Part shown: one piece after another, positions 38,051 through 50,211 of the stretch
Numbering within the stretch: position 1 is the first letter of the stretch
Layout of the letters: every line of letters starts with the position of its first letter
NCBI RefSeq assembly: GCF_004010195.1
Contig: NC_057720.1
Location: forward strand, 30,255,579-30,319,578
Direction of reading: 5' to 3'
Length of the DNA: 64,000 nucleotides
Source of the DNA: Chiloscyllium plagiosum
Lineage: Eukaryota
Translations under genes and position numbers: made by a program
The notes under the pieces: generated by a model
Seen by the model: the letters and a program-made list of their open reading frames with translations, nothing else
Told to the model about the DNA's origin: nothing
Databases searched by the model: none

Positions 38051-39202
38051 TCTCCAAAATACCACAGTATTGATAAAAGTAAAATAAATCAATTGCTTGT
38101 TATTACAGTAAAATTGGAGGTGATCACTTGAAGTGAGCAGCCTTTCAAAATTAAAAAAAGACAATTAAAAACCATGGGAAGGTCAGGCTCCATGATGATG
38201 GACATTTTGGGTGACCAAAGGCAGGAGTCTGGAGGAGGGGCAGTTGAAAATAGAAAGTCATGTTGCCACATTTTCAGGAATATAACCTGCCAGAGTGGCA
38301 ACCGTCTTCGACAGATACTTAAAGGGAATCATCAATAATTGAACTATCAGAGCCATAGAGGTAGTGACAACTCCATGGGAGAGGTCAAGGGGCCGGCGCC
38401 AGGAGGGATACAGATCCAGATCCACTACATTTAGTGTGCTGTGATGGCTATTTAAAGGAAGGATGAAATTTCACACAGATTTCCCCTCCACGTATCCATT
38501 TTAATTATTTTTAATCAACCTGTTCTGTCATGTCATGATACACCTTCGGCACAAGTGGGACTTGAACTTGGATTTTCTGGCTCAGAGGCGAGCACACGAA
38601 CATTGTGCTTCAAGAGCCCTTCAACTTCGCTATGTGTACTGATGGCACACGTTCTGCATCCATAACAAAAGGCCCATCTACCCATTAGTCCTGTCATTGC
38701 TGACCTCTCTAGGTTTCTAGTTTTCTAACACCTCCAAATTAAACTTTTTAAACATGTGTAAATTTTGTGATAGGCCTTACTCCTATCTCTACAAAATGTC
38801 AGGAGACAAATGTCCTCCATGGATAGGGCAAAGAAGCAGGTCCTGCAATCACACCAAATGGATCAAACCTCCTGCAATTGACAACAATCTGGTCCACACC
38901 AGCTGTCCAGCCAACTGAATCAATTTGATATATTGTGGCAACATACATGTAGCCCAGAACTATGGATAATTTTAGAGGCTCCAATTTCCATGATATAGCT
39001 GACCAGGAATCTCTCCCATTCTTACCACCTGCCATTTGTTGGAAGAATTTGCAAGTTGTCATTCAATTGTTAGGGCACCATTCTTGACCATCAAGTCCTG
39101 GAGACAGATTTGAAATTAGAGCTTTTGGTTCAGAGGGAGGGATACTACCCACCAATAGATAGGACTTTCCTGAGGCAGATTAGTAGATATAAATATTTTC
39201 AG

Positions 39203-39815
39203 AGCTGAAAATGTGTTGCTGGAACAGCGCAGCAGGTAAGTCAGCATCCAGGGAACAGGAGAATTGACGTTTCGGGCATAAGCCCTTCTTCAGGAATGAG
39301 GAAAGTGTGTCCAGCAGGCTAAGATAAAAGGTAGGGAGGAGGGACTTGGGGGAGGGGCGTTGGAAATGCGATAGGTGGAAAGAGGTCAAGGTGAGGGTGG
39401 GGTGGGGCGGAGAGGTCAGGAAGAAGATTGCAGGTTAGNNNNNNNNNNNNNNNNNNNNNNNNNNNNNNNNNNNNNNNNNNNNNNNNNNNNNNNNNNNNNN
39501 NNNNNNNNNNNNNNNNNNNNNNNNNNNNNNNNNNNNNNNNNNNNNNNNNNNNNNNNNNNNNNNNNNNNNNNNNNNNNNNNNNNNNNNNNNNNNNNNNNNN
39601 NNNNNNNNNNNNNNNNNNNNNNNNNNNNNNNNNNNNNNNNNNNNNNNNNNNNNNNNNNNNNNNNNNNNGGGGGAGGTGTGGGCGCAAGTCTTGCACCTCC
39701 TGCAGTTGCAGGGGAAGGTGCCGGGAGTGGAGGTTGGGTTGGTGGGGGGTGTGGATCTGACGAGGGAGTCACGGAGGGAGTGGTCTTTACGGAACGCTGA
39801 TAGGGGAGGGGAGGG
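39203..39815 (-). mobile_element. Penelope-like element (family A) spanning an N gap; hammerhead motif at 39262-39297 (-)
   Basis: Near-identical to 12062-12880; flanked by AAATATTTTCAG (39191-39202 / 39816-39827). Confidence 0.85.
39439..39668. other. Assembly gap (N run)
   Basis: 230 Ns. Confidence 0.99.
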
Positions 39816-42499
39816 AAATATTTTCAGGTCACTTCTCTATGACTGAAGCACATTTCATGTTTCCAATCCAATGAAAATTTTCAATTCTTTCAAAGGCTTT
39901 CATAAACAAATCTGCCTATTTACTATACAGATGCAGACTGAATTGGTGTGTTTCTTCCAATGAAATCTGTACTCTTTGGAGTTGTAGAATGACACTATCA
40001 TCAGCTTCCTCTATTTTGTTGTTTCTCCTCTGTCTGTTCCACCCTCTTCATTTTTAAAGCGTACTCCTTTTATTTTTCCATTTCTTACTATTTTTGGCCA
40101 GGTCTCCATTCCCATTCTTGCACTCTCCATATTGTGGTCAGGTCCTGCAAGCTATGGTACAATATGGAAGGGGTGATGGACCACCAGAAAATACAGCACT
40201 TTCTCCCTTTGTCTTTTTAGGGCCAACAAGCACATCAGCTGCTTTTATCAGTGGATTTTCATAATGCAAGGATGTGTTGTGGGCCACTGAAATCATTAAA
40301 TGGACCAGTTTCAAACTGCTGATCAGAGATCTTGGCTAACCTCTCAGCCTGTATTTTTAATCACAGTTGCAGTTCCAAGAAAGTGCACTACAGAATTATA
40401 GAAAATGGATTCCTGTAGTGAGTCTCAATCCTCAGCAGAGTTATTATTGCCTCACCTCAGAACATGGGCAAAAATCAGCCAGATGCATCTATTGCTTATC
40501 ATTCAGCCATGTTGACAAAAGCTAAACGGTTATGAGGAGAAAGTGGGAGAATGGGGTTGAGAAACTTATCAGCCACAATTGAATGGCGGAGCAGACACGA
40601 TAAGCTGAATGGCCTAATTTCAGCTCCTATCTCTTATGTTCTAACCTCCAGCTTGCCCAGGCAAGAAATAGTAGCCCCAATATTTCTTCATCCTTCACCC
40701 ACTCCAATTTAGTTTCGATGACGCACAAAATGATCCTGTTGTCCTGACCTCAGCATGCCTTATCTGCATTGCAACAGGGTCTACAATTGAAAAGTACTTC
40801 ACGAGTGAAACAGATTAGGATTTCCTGACATACTGAATGTCTTCCTTCTTTCTTCTCTTTCCTCATAAGTCTACAACCTGGGGGTCTACCTAATGTCTCT
40901 CTGGGCTTCTGGATGTTTTCAAAAAGATCAAATCAGAACCACACTGGACCTAAAGATCCTGTGGGGAGGTTGGAGAGAAAGGCAACATTTAAATTTTCAG
41001 GGATCCCTCATTTTGAACTTTGTCATCCTGAGATGCTGTGATCCAAAGAACAGGGAGACGCAATCAGGAAATTCTGATGAGAGTTCGAAGAATGTGACAT
41101 TGGGCTTGGAATGCTACAGCTCATCACTATTTTCATGCATGTTTTCGACTAAAGGCTTCCCCTCCATTAGTGAAGTCTTGGAAAGACTAGAGTAACAAGA
41201 AGAGGTCAGAGATCTGGTACCATAGGTCTCTGCCTACAGATCCCATGACTTCCTACTTTCTAAATAAACATCACATGAAATTTAGCCCAAAATGTTGCAA
41301 CCATAGAATGAGCCAGGATATAGTGGAAAAAATAAACTCTAAGTTAAATGAATGGGTTTGTAAACTAAAACTGAATTTTGCTTCAAATAATCACTGACTA
41401 CACAATATATGATACACAAGACAATAACAGCATAAAAGGAAATTGGATGAAGATTATAGTTCAATTATGGTTATTTCCTGATTAGATTAGTCAAGTAGCT
41501 AAAAGTTCATCCCAGGCAGCTGGTGTAAAATGGACAAAATTGGTTCATGTGTTAAGCAGAGCCTGAATTTCAGTTCCTGTGGAGTCAATGGGAGTAAATT
41601 CCAGGTACTCCACATAAAAAGCAGCTGGTTTGATACCACAACTTTTGTGCCACTGCCTGAATTGAGCTTATAAAACAATATCTTTGAAATGTAGTGGCAG
41701 CTGACAGCATCTGATGATCATTGGTGGAACAATAGATGACTCTTTTAGTTTTCTAGGGCTTATCATATTACATTTATAGTTAGATGACCTGTACATGTTG
41801 TATATCAATTAGAACATCTTACAAGACTGATCCAAGAATGACATGGAAAAACTAGACAAGCAACCTCCTTAAAACAAAATCCTCATTTTACTCAGACAAT
41901 CTTCTCCGAATTCAGACATTACATGATCTGTATACTCTTCCAATCAGTAGAACATAAGATTAATGAACACATCAGCACAGGATCGAAATAAATGATCCTC
42001 CACCAGAACAGGAACAATCTAGAATAAAAGCATGATTGTAGAAATGTGTTCATTTCAGCAACAAAGCAGAAGTAACCCAACAAACCTGCACATTTGATAC
42101 ACAATAATTCTCATATAAGACTTACAAAAGTTACCAATTACAGTACTGCGTACAAGGTATTCTTGGTATAAATTTTTAGTTTTTATTTAGCTTTGCTTTG
42201 TTACTGATCCTATTGTCTGCTTAAGTTTCAATTGCTACACTGCATTCTCCAAAACAGTACATGTCTCTCTCTCTAATGTGATTCATATAAAAATGAGTTG
42301 ATTGTTACTTCCTGTGATATAGCTTAACAATCTTAACAGTCCCCCACCATAAGGGAAACAACATAATTACATCAGATATATCATTGTGAACTATTTCCTT
42401 TGCCGTACACTTTCAAAAAGACTTGATTTCAAGGGTCTGCAAACCATAGTAAAGCACTTTCACCGTTGTAGATGGCCCTATCCAAAATAATGGCATGTA

Positions 42500-43912
42500 C
42501 TAAACAATCTTCACATTTCTCAGTAAGTCCAAAACACCTTCTTGTGTGAGAAATACTGTCTTTCTATTGTTTTGACAGCTGACTTCAAAAACTGGTGGAT
42601 TTTCCAAAACTCGCTTCCCTGCAATTACAACATATGGGTAACCCAGACGACTGGCATCTTTCAATCTCTTGCCTATAGTCAGGTGGCTTCGGTCATCCAA
42701 GAGCACCTCTCCATGAAGCTGGGGGACAGCATCTATTAAAGTATCATACAACGTCTCAGACAGTCCTAGGCTCAGTTCTTCTTTACTGCCTTTCTTAGGT
42801 GGAATGATGCACACTTGGTAAGGGGCCAGGAGGCTTGGCCAGCGAATCTCATCTTCCGTTGACAAAACCTCTATGGCAGCGGCTAGTATTCGTGTGACTC
42901 CAAGGCCAAAACAACCCATTTCGGTTACAACAGGCTTATTCTCAGTGTTGGAATATGAGGCACCTAAAATATATGAATACTTTGTCCCAAGGTTAAAAGT
43001 GTGTCCCACCTCAATGCCTTTGCTTTCTTTCAGCTTTCCATGACACTGTGGGCAGTTTGTTTCAGTGTCCGTCATTGCTTCAACATTGGCTGCAAAATGG
43101 CAGTCAGAACACATTAAAAGGCGATCCTCCCCAATATCAGCTGGCAGCTGGAACTCGTGAGACATTTTCCCACCAATGTTGCCGGTGTCCGCCCGCACCT
43201 TTACAAACTGCAATCCCAGCTGGCCAAAGATACAACTGTAAGCTTGGGAAACAAGATTATAGGTCTCCATGGCAGCTCCTTCCGAGACATCAAACGTGTA
43301 CATATCCTTCATGTAGAACTCTCGTCCACGGAGCAAACCAAAACGTGGCTTTGGCTCATCTCGGAACTTTCTTGTCACTTGGTAAAGCATCAAAGGTAGC
43401 TGTCTATATGAGAGATTACCCTGCATGGCAATTAGCTCGGTCACTGCCTCCTCGTGTGTTGGACTTAAACAGTATTCCATGTCATGCCTATCCTTCAGTC
43501 TGAATAGTTCCTTCCCCAGAAGGTCCCAACGTTCACTGGTCTTCCACAGACTTGCTGAGGTGAGGCTGGGCATGTTCACCTTCTGACCCCCAATGGATTG
43601 CATTTCTTTATCAATCACACGGACAAGTTTCTCCATGGCTCGAACTGTATACGGCAGATAGTGAAAGCAGCCTGTATTGGCTGGCTGAATAAGACCTGCC
43701 TGAAGCATCAGTCTCTGGCTCTTGCAGGTAATGTCACTGGAGCGGCCAACCCCAGTAGTTCTATCCTCGCGGAGATTCATTGGCTGGAAGAGACGAGACA
43801 GTAATATACGCTTGGACCTACCATGGTGATAATAGGACCTGTGTAAATGTAAGATGTTACAGAACAGTCTGTTGAACAATTGTCTTGAATTTGAATAGAT
43901 TGCCACCTCCAT
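42500..43912 (-). CDS. PARS2: Mitochondrial prolyl-tRNA synthetase, single coding exon (470 aa)
   Basis: Class II aaRS ProRS motifs (LSPTHEEAVT, YQVTRKFRDEPKPRFGLLRGREFYMKDMYTFD, GIEVGHTFNLGTKYS, MGCFGLGVTR, anticodon-binding DDR..TIGKRL). Basic N-terminal presequence-like stretch. Splice acceptor just upstream (exon starts 43936); AATAAA on the minus strand at 42182-42187. Confidence 0.97.
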   Translation of the reverse strand: MEVAIYSNSRQLFNRLFCNILHLHRSYYHHGRSKRILLSRLFQPMNLREDRTTGVGRSSDITCKSQRLMLQAGLIQPANTGCFHYLPYTVRAMEKLVRVIDKEMQSIGGQKVNMPSLTSASLWKTSERWDLLGKELFRLKDRHDMEYCLSPTHEEAVTELIAMQGNLSYRQLPLMLYQVTRKFRDEPKPRFGLLRGREFYMKDMYTFDVSEGAAMETYNLVSQAYSCIFGQLGLQFVKVRADTGNIGGKMSHEFQLPADIGEDRLLMCSDCHFAANVEAMTDTETNCPQCHGKLKESKGIEVGHTFNLGTKYSYILGASYSNTENKPVVTEMGCFGLGVTRILAAAIEVLSTEDEIRWPSLLAPYQVCIIPPKKGSKEELSLGLSETLYDTLIDAVPQLHGEVLLDDRSHLTIGKRLKDASRLGYPYVVIAGKRVLENPPVFEVSCQNNRKTVFLTQEGVLDLLRNVKIV

Positions 43913-44419
43913 TACGCATCCAAGAAATAATTAGTTCTAGAAAGGAAAACAAAGAGGATAAGTTCACATCTTTCTCAAAAAAGAACATTTTCAAAACCCA
44001 TACCATATTTAAGAAAGGAAAACACTGTGGACTGAATGCATAACAGCAAGTGAACTAGGTACATCATTGTCATATTATTTCACTTGCAATGTTTATTAAG
44101 ATGAGAGATGCGAAACATATTCACCTGTGCTTTCCAAGATCACAATTAAGCATCCAATAACAATCAAGCATTCTTCAGTGTGTCATCAAAGCAGGAAAAG
44201 ATCAACAACTGGCCTACTTCACTGTACATCCAGCATATTCTGGCTATTATAACTTAGCATGGACTCACACACAGTTAACTATGCATAGTTACATCCACCA
44301 GGATTGATTGTCACATATTAAGCTGGATTGCGTGTTGGGTTACCATTTTCATCAACTACAATCCTGGTTTTTAAAAGTGGCTGCAAAGCGAGCAGCAAAA
44401 GTGATTATCTTCCAAACTT

Positions 44420-45860
44420 CTTTGGTTCTGAAACAATACCAGCAGACTGGGAAATAGCAAATAGAATAGCTTTACTTAAGAAAGAACAGAAACAAAGTGC
44501 AGGAACGTATAGAATAAAGCCAATGTTGCAAGTAGTTTACTTGCTGGAATCCAAGATTATGGTTGTAGGAGGGGACTTGAAAATCATAACGGAATCTGGC
44601 AGAGTCAACATGGTTCTGTGAAAAATAAATCATGTTTAACTACTCTGTTAGAGTTTTTTGAAGAAGTAATAAGCACAACAGATATAGATGACCCTGTAAA
44701 CATTGTGTTCTTAGATTTCCAAGAGACTTTTGTGAAAGTGTCACATCAAACGTGGTGACACAAAGCAAATGGTTATGATGTTAGCAAGGATAAAGGAATG
44801 GTTGTCTGACAGGAAACAAAATAGGACAAATTAATCTTTTTCAGACTGGCAGACCAGGGTTAGTGGAGTGCCACAGGAAACATTGCTTGGCTCGCAACTA
44901 TTTATAATCTATATTAATGTCTTGGATGATGGGACGACGGTAGTTAAATTTGCTGACAAAATAGCTAGGATAGTTATTTGTTAAAGGAGCTACAAGGGTT
45001 AAGAGAGTGGGCAAAACTTTAGAGAGAGTACAATATGGAGAAATGCAAACTTCCAAATTGATAGGAAGAATGGAAAAGTAGCATTCAAGTTAAATGGAGA
45101 CAAATTACAGAATTCAGTGGTATTGAAGGAATCACAAAAAGTTTCATAAAGTAATTCAGGAAACAAATGAAGTGTTGGTGCTTATTCTAATAGGAAAAGG
45201 ATAAAGGAATGGTTGTCTGACAGGAAACAAAATAGGACAAATTAATCTTTTTCAGACTGGCAGACCAGGGTTAGTGGAGTGCCACAGGAATCATTGCTTG
45301 GCTCGCAACTATTTATAATCTATATTAATGTCTTGGATGATGGGACGACGGTAGTTAAATTTGCTGACAAAATAGCTAGGATAGTTATTTGTTAAAGGAG
45401 CTACAAGGGTTAAGAGAGTGGGCAAAACTTTAGAGAGAGTACAATATGGAGAAATGCAAACTTCCAAACTGATAGGAAGAATGGAAAAGTAGCATTCAAG
45501 TTAAATGGAGACAAATTACAGTGGTATTGAAGGAATCACAAAAAGTTTCATAAAGTAATTCAGGAAACAAATGAAGTGTTGGTGCTTATTCTAATAGGAA
45601 TGGAATATGGAAGTAGGTTTTTTTTTTACAGCTGTACAGAGTCTCAATGAGACTACATTTGGGGAAGTAGATAAAAACAAGGACTGCAGATGCTGGAAAC
45701 CAGAGTCTAGATTAGAGTGGTGCTGGAAAAGCACAGCAGGTCAGACAGCATCTGAGGAGTAGGACTCGGATGCTGCCTAACCTGCTGTGCTTTTCCAGCA
45801 CCACTCTAATCTACATCTGGAGTAGTGTCTAGTTTGTGTCCTTATTTGTAAGGCAATGCA
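44420..45860 (+). mobile_element. Old CR1 LINE remnant in the PARS2 intron, containing a tandem duplication and a short PLE fold-back (45669-45810)
   Basis: Decayed DWEIAN, KSCLTTLLEFFEEV, SGVPQ and KFAD motifs. Confidence 0.75.
44786..45600 (+). repeat. Near-perfect tandem duplication, ~411-bp unit
   Basis: 44786-45196 and 45197-45600 differ by two substitutions and a 7-bp deletion. Confidence 0.92.
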
Positions 45861-45889
45861 AGTGTTTTCTTTAGAGGTTTATACAGCAG

Positions 45890-46322
45890 TCACTCAACTC
45901 ATTCATTCCTTCACTCTCTCTCCATACCCATCACTCACTGTCATTCTCTCACTCATTCATCTCTGTCTCAGTGTCATTCATTAATTCAGTCACCCCCTCA
46001 CTCATTCATTCGCATTCCCTTCCCCTCATTCATTAATTTACTCCTTCCCTTTAACCTCTGGCCTCTCTCACTCACTCATTCATTCATTCTCTCACTGTAC
46101 CTCTCTCTGTCTGTCTGTCACTCCCACAACCCCATCCTCTCTCTCTCTCTCCTTCTCTTCCTTCCTTACCCTCTGGCTCCCAATCACTCACTCCTTCCCA
46201 TCTGTCCCTCACTCATTCACCCCTTGTCTGTCTCACTCACTCACTCTGCTTCCCTCTCCCACACTCACTCCTTCCGCTCTCACTCATTCCCCGCTCGCTC
46301 TTCACTTACTTTCTCTTCCTCA
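45890..46322 (+). repeat. Degenerate (CACT/CATT/CT)n pyrimidine-rich simple repeat
   Basis: Runs of ctcattcatt, cactcact and ctctctct, with very few G. Confidence 0.85.
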
Positions 46323-46329
46323 CTCGGTC

Positions 46330-46560
46330 CACCTGACCTTGCATTCTCCCTAATGCGCATGTGTGGGTTGCTGGTACGGGTCGGGACTCAGTCCATAACG
46401 CACCAAATCGCGAATCTCGGTACCAGCTCCGTCTGCGCTTCCGCTGCTGCCAATGTTTAGCAACTTTTACCGTTTACAGCTCTTTGCTTCAAAGGCGAGT
46501 TTCCGACGATCTTATTGGAAAGGCATCACCTTCCTTCCCAAAACAGGTCCCGGGATGAAT
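46330..46560 (-). promoter_or_regulatory. Probable PARS2 promoter and non-coding first exon (~46445-46338)
   Basis: CpG cluster, NRF1-like TGCGCATGTG (~46354), ETS GCTTCCG (~46437), candidate minus-strand donor AAG|GTCAGG at 46338. PARS2 normally has a non-coding exon 1. Confidence 0.55.
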
Positions 46561-47514
46561 CATCCGTTTCAAAACAGCTATTTAGCTTTTCTGCAGGTAC
46601 CTTTCTCCCTCACTGGTGCAGTTCTTAAAACAAAAAAGAAATGCTGAAACTACTCAGCATCTGTGGAGAGAGGAAGAGAATTAATGTTTCACGTCTGCGA
46701 CCGTTCATCAGAACTGGACTTGACACGGGGAGGAGCGCGGAACAAGTATCATTAAAATAAACCAGAGTTGTATATCCATCAAAATAAAGCATCCAAACAC
46801 TTTGAGGAGGTGGCATTCAATAGATGGCCAAGAATCTGAAAGGTTACAGGCAAAGGACATTATGAACAGTCATGGTGCTACCATAAATATTACTTTCCAT
46901 GCTTTATCATTCTCCGAAAGATTTGCAGTGAGGATTTCAATTGGTAATGTTCTGAATGCACATCCACCCACCTCATCTACTGCATTTTGTTATGGACCAC
47001 ACCAGACCCTGTCAAAACATTTCAAGAGAGTAACACACACGCTAACTTTTCTAGTTGTTTTAATCAGGTGTAGAGTGGATATTCCAGGAGTGATGCAGCT
47101 GGCCCAACCACTCAGTTTTAAACAAAACAGAATTTATTTACAGACTACTGAATGAAACACAAACAAAAGAGAACACAATATAGAACAACTTAACCTATCT
47201 GAAAACCAATTCAACTGTCGCAAAGTAATGATGCTGTTTCAAATACCTGCAATATCCCAATAAACACACCCTTGGCAAAAAAAGGTAAAATCAAACACAG
47301 GTTCTTGCAGGAGAAATGTCAGAGACAGAATGTGCCAGAAAACCTCTGCTGAATCCAGGAACCTTCTCCCCAAGCAGCTTTCTTTGACCAGCAGCTTCAA
47401 GCAGAAGGCTTGCTAAAGCCAAACCAAACGAAAACCAGAAAAAAAAACCCTGAACCGAGAGAACTGGCCACTCCCCTTTTATTGTACAAGTGTTCTTTAT
47501 TAAAAAATTAATGT

Positions 47515-48066
47515 GGGGGAGGGGAAATGAGGAAGCTGTTGAAATCCACATTTGTCCTGTGTGGTTGCAGGGTCCCAAAGTGGAATATGAGGTGTTCTTC
47601 CTCCAGGCGTTGGGTGTTAATGGTTGGTAGAGGAGCCCAAGGCCACAGACATCTACTACAAACCCACCAACTCCCAAAGCTATGTAGACTACACCTCCTC
47701 CCACCCTACCTTCTGTAAAAACACTATTCGTTATTCCCAACGATCCACATCCATGAACACCAACTAGCCATGAAACGACACGACCAGCTATCCTTAGTAG
47801 CCACACACGCAGATGACAAGCAACATGAATTCGACTGGGACAACACTACTATTATAGGACAAGCCAAACAGAGAACAGCCAGGGAATTCCTAGAGGCATG
47901 GCACTCATCCACAGATTCAATCAATAAGCACATCGACCTGGACCCAATATACCGACCACTGCAGCGGACAGCTGGAACTGACAATCGGAAGCAGCAGATT
48001 CAAACCACTACAAATGCCGGAGGAAAGATCACAGAAGCGCTTCACAGGAGGCTCCCAAGCACTGAG
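47515..48066. mobile_element. Composite PLE fragments: family A inverted junction (47515-47728) plus a family C GIY-YIG fragment (47729-48066)
   Basis: HEHQLAMKRHDQLSLVATHADDKQHEFDWDNTTIIGQAKQRTAREFLEAWHS...SINKHIDLDPIYRPL is a Penelope/Poseidon-type GIY-YIG C-terminus. Confidence 0.8.
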
Positions 48067-50211
48067 TTTTTCCAGTGCCTGATATTCTTCAAAAGTGCTA
48101 TAAGACATTAAGAGACATTCATTGCAGGCACATCAGAAGTTCCCTACTTAACCTGAGTTCCCAACTCTTAAATTCCAATGAAATAGGGACATATAATTGC
48201 ACCACACCAATAATTATTCTCCACATTAATTATTTTCAATTCCTGCTTCATCTACAGAAACGTCTACCTCATTCAATGATCCAGCCTCTACTGAAACTGA
48301 TAACCATAATATAGGTAAAAGCGATCAGCTGTTATTGTCTAGTGCCTTAAAACAGAATGAAATCAGCACAAGTCCTTGTCAGTGAGATATCATTTTAATG
48401 TTTTTTTTCCACAGTCTTGAAGTTGTGGAGCGAATCAAAAAATGTTCCTGTTTGATATACTGCATGGATGGGAAAGACCAGACTGGAATCACCATTGCTT
48501 TAATACAAATCTATGTTGGCTTTCCAAGGAATCTCATTCTTGTGGACTATGCAACCTCAAGAGTAAGCTATAAGTCATAATAGAAAAAGCATAACTTTCA
48601 TATCTTATGTACAATTATGTCTCTCACCCCATTCTCTTTATACTCCCAAATGGAGAAACAACTACTGCTGCACTTCAGTTACTAATTTGGCAGATGTTGA
48701 AAACATGACAAAGACCTACCTATCCTTTTGTAAATCAACAGTGGCAACTTTCATTTCAACAGTATCTTCCAGCTTCTTTGGTTCTCTGCCCATAGACAGA
48801 ACTGATCCACAGCACAACATCCTCTGCCATGGGTAAGTCAAGCAGGTAGTTCACAAATCTATCCCAACTAGAACAGAGTCCAAACCCTATGCGGTTGGCA
48901 CCATCTTATCCACATAAGCTATCCAGCCATCTTTCATCTGGAGTGTCTGAGTTGATTTGGGAACCTAATGTTTTATGAGTAGTGATGGTAGAGATTCCAA
49001 TTTCTTTTCTATTACATGACTGACCATGAATCCCTCCCATTAGTGAATCTTGGACTGATATACAAATTGATACTTTGGCCACATTTTGAACACACCATCC
49101 TTGGTGACTAAGTCCTAGAGTGGGATTTGAACATGGAGCTTCTGGCTTAAAGGCAGGGACGCTATGAACTGGGCCGTAAGACTTCCATATTAGAACCTAT
49201 AACATAGTAAAACAGCCTCAAGCACATCAATGGAGAGTTATCACATAAATTTGGTATTGAAAGACAAAAGGAGATATTAGTTCAGTAGCTAGATGGAAGG
49301 GGTCGTGTCAAAGAAGTGCGTTATGAGCAGGAGGAGAGAGATGTAGAGAGGAGGAAGGATTAGAGGGGATCTTCAAATATTAGTACTGAGGTTATGAAGG
49401 CATGGTCTCCAAATATGGAACAGATAAATTTGAAGATATATGGGTTCAAATTTGAAGACGTCCAGTGGTCTCACAAGCTTGTGGGGCTGCAGGAGCTTCC
49501 AGTGATAAGGAAGGGTGAGGCCATGGACAGATTTGAAAACAGGAATAAGAAAGTTTTGCTGAGGGTGTTGCCAGGCTTAAAGTCAAAGTATGTTATTGAG
49601 CACAGATGTGATGGGTGAACAAGTTATGATGGGAGTTCAGCTGCTTGCAGGGATTTGCTCTGAGTAAAATATTGAGAATGAAATGTTATTTCTTTACCCA
49701 GGCAGTCTTAATTTGGTGTCAATGCAACTCCACAATGTCTAACAATATCATCCAAACATATTGTTGTGCCTATTTTTAACAGATAGTCAATGCCTTTCTG
49801 CTTGAGATGAATTTCTACTTTTAACTGTCTACATTTGTACTTGCAAACATAGGGAGTTGAAAATGAAAGTTCAAAAAGTTCTTTCTCTGCCCATATACTC
49901 TAAAATATATAATGAAAACTAGTCCTCCTAGCACAAGATTATCAATTTCAAGAATTAAATTTACAGATGCTGGTGTTGATCAGAAACCCAATCTAATCAG
50001 CCCAGATAAAAGCAACCTACTGTGAATGCCAGAAATCTGAAATAAAAACAGAAAATGCTGGAGAAACTCAGCACACCTTTTAAAAGAGAAATTGAGTAAA
50101 TGTTTTGAGTCTGATACAACTCTTTTTGAGAACTTATTTCTTCCAATAAAGTTATGAATGTTAACTGTTTCTCTCTCCACAGAAGCTGCCAGACTGCTGA
50201 ATTTATCCAGA

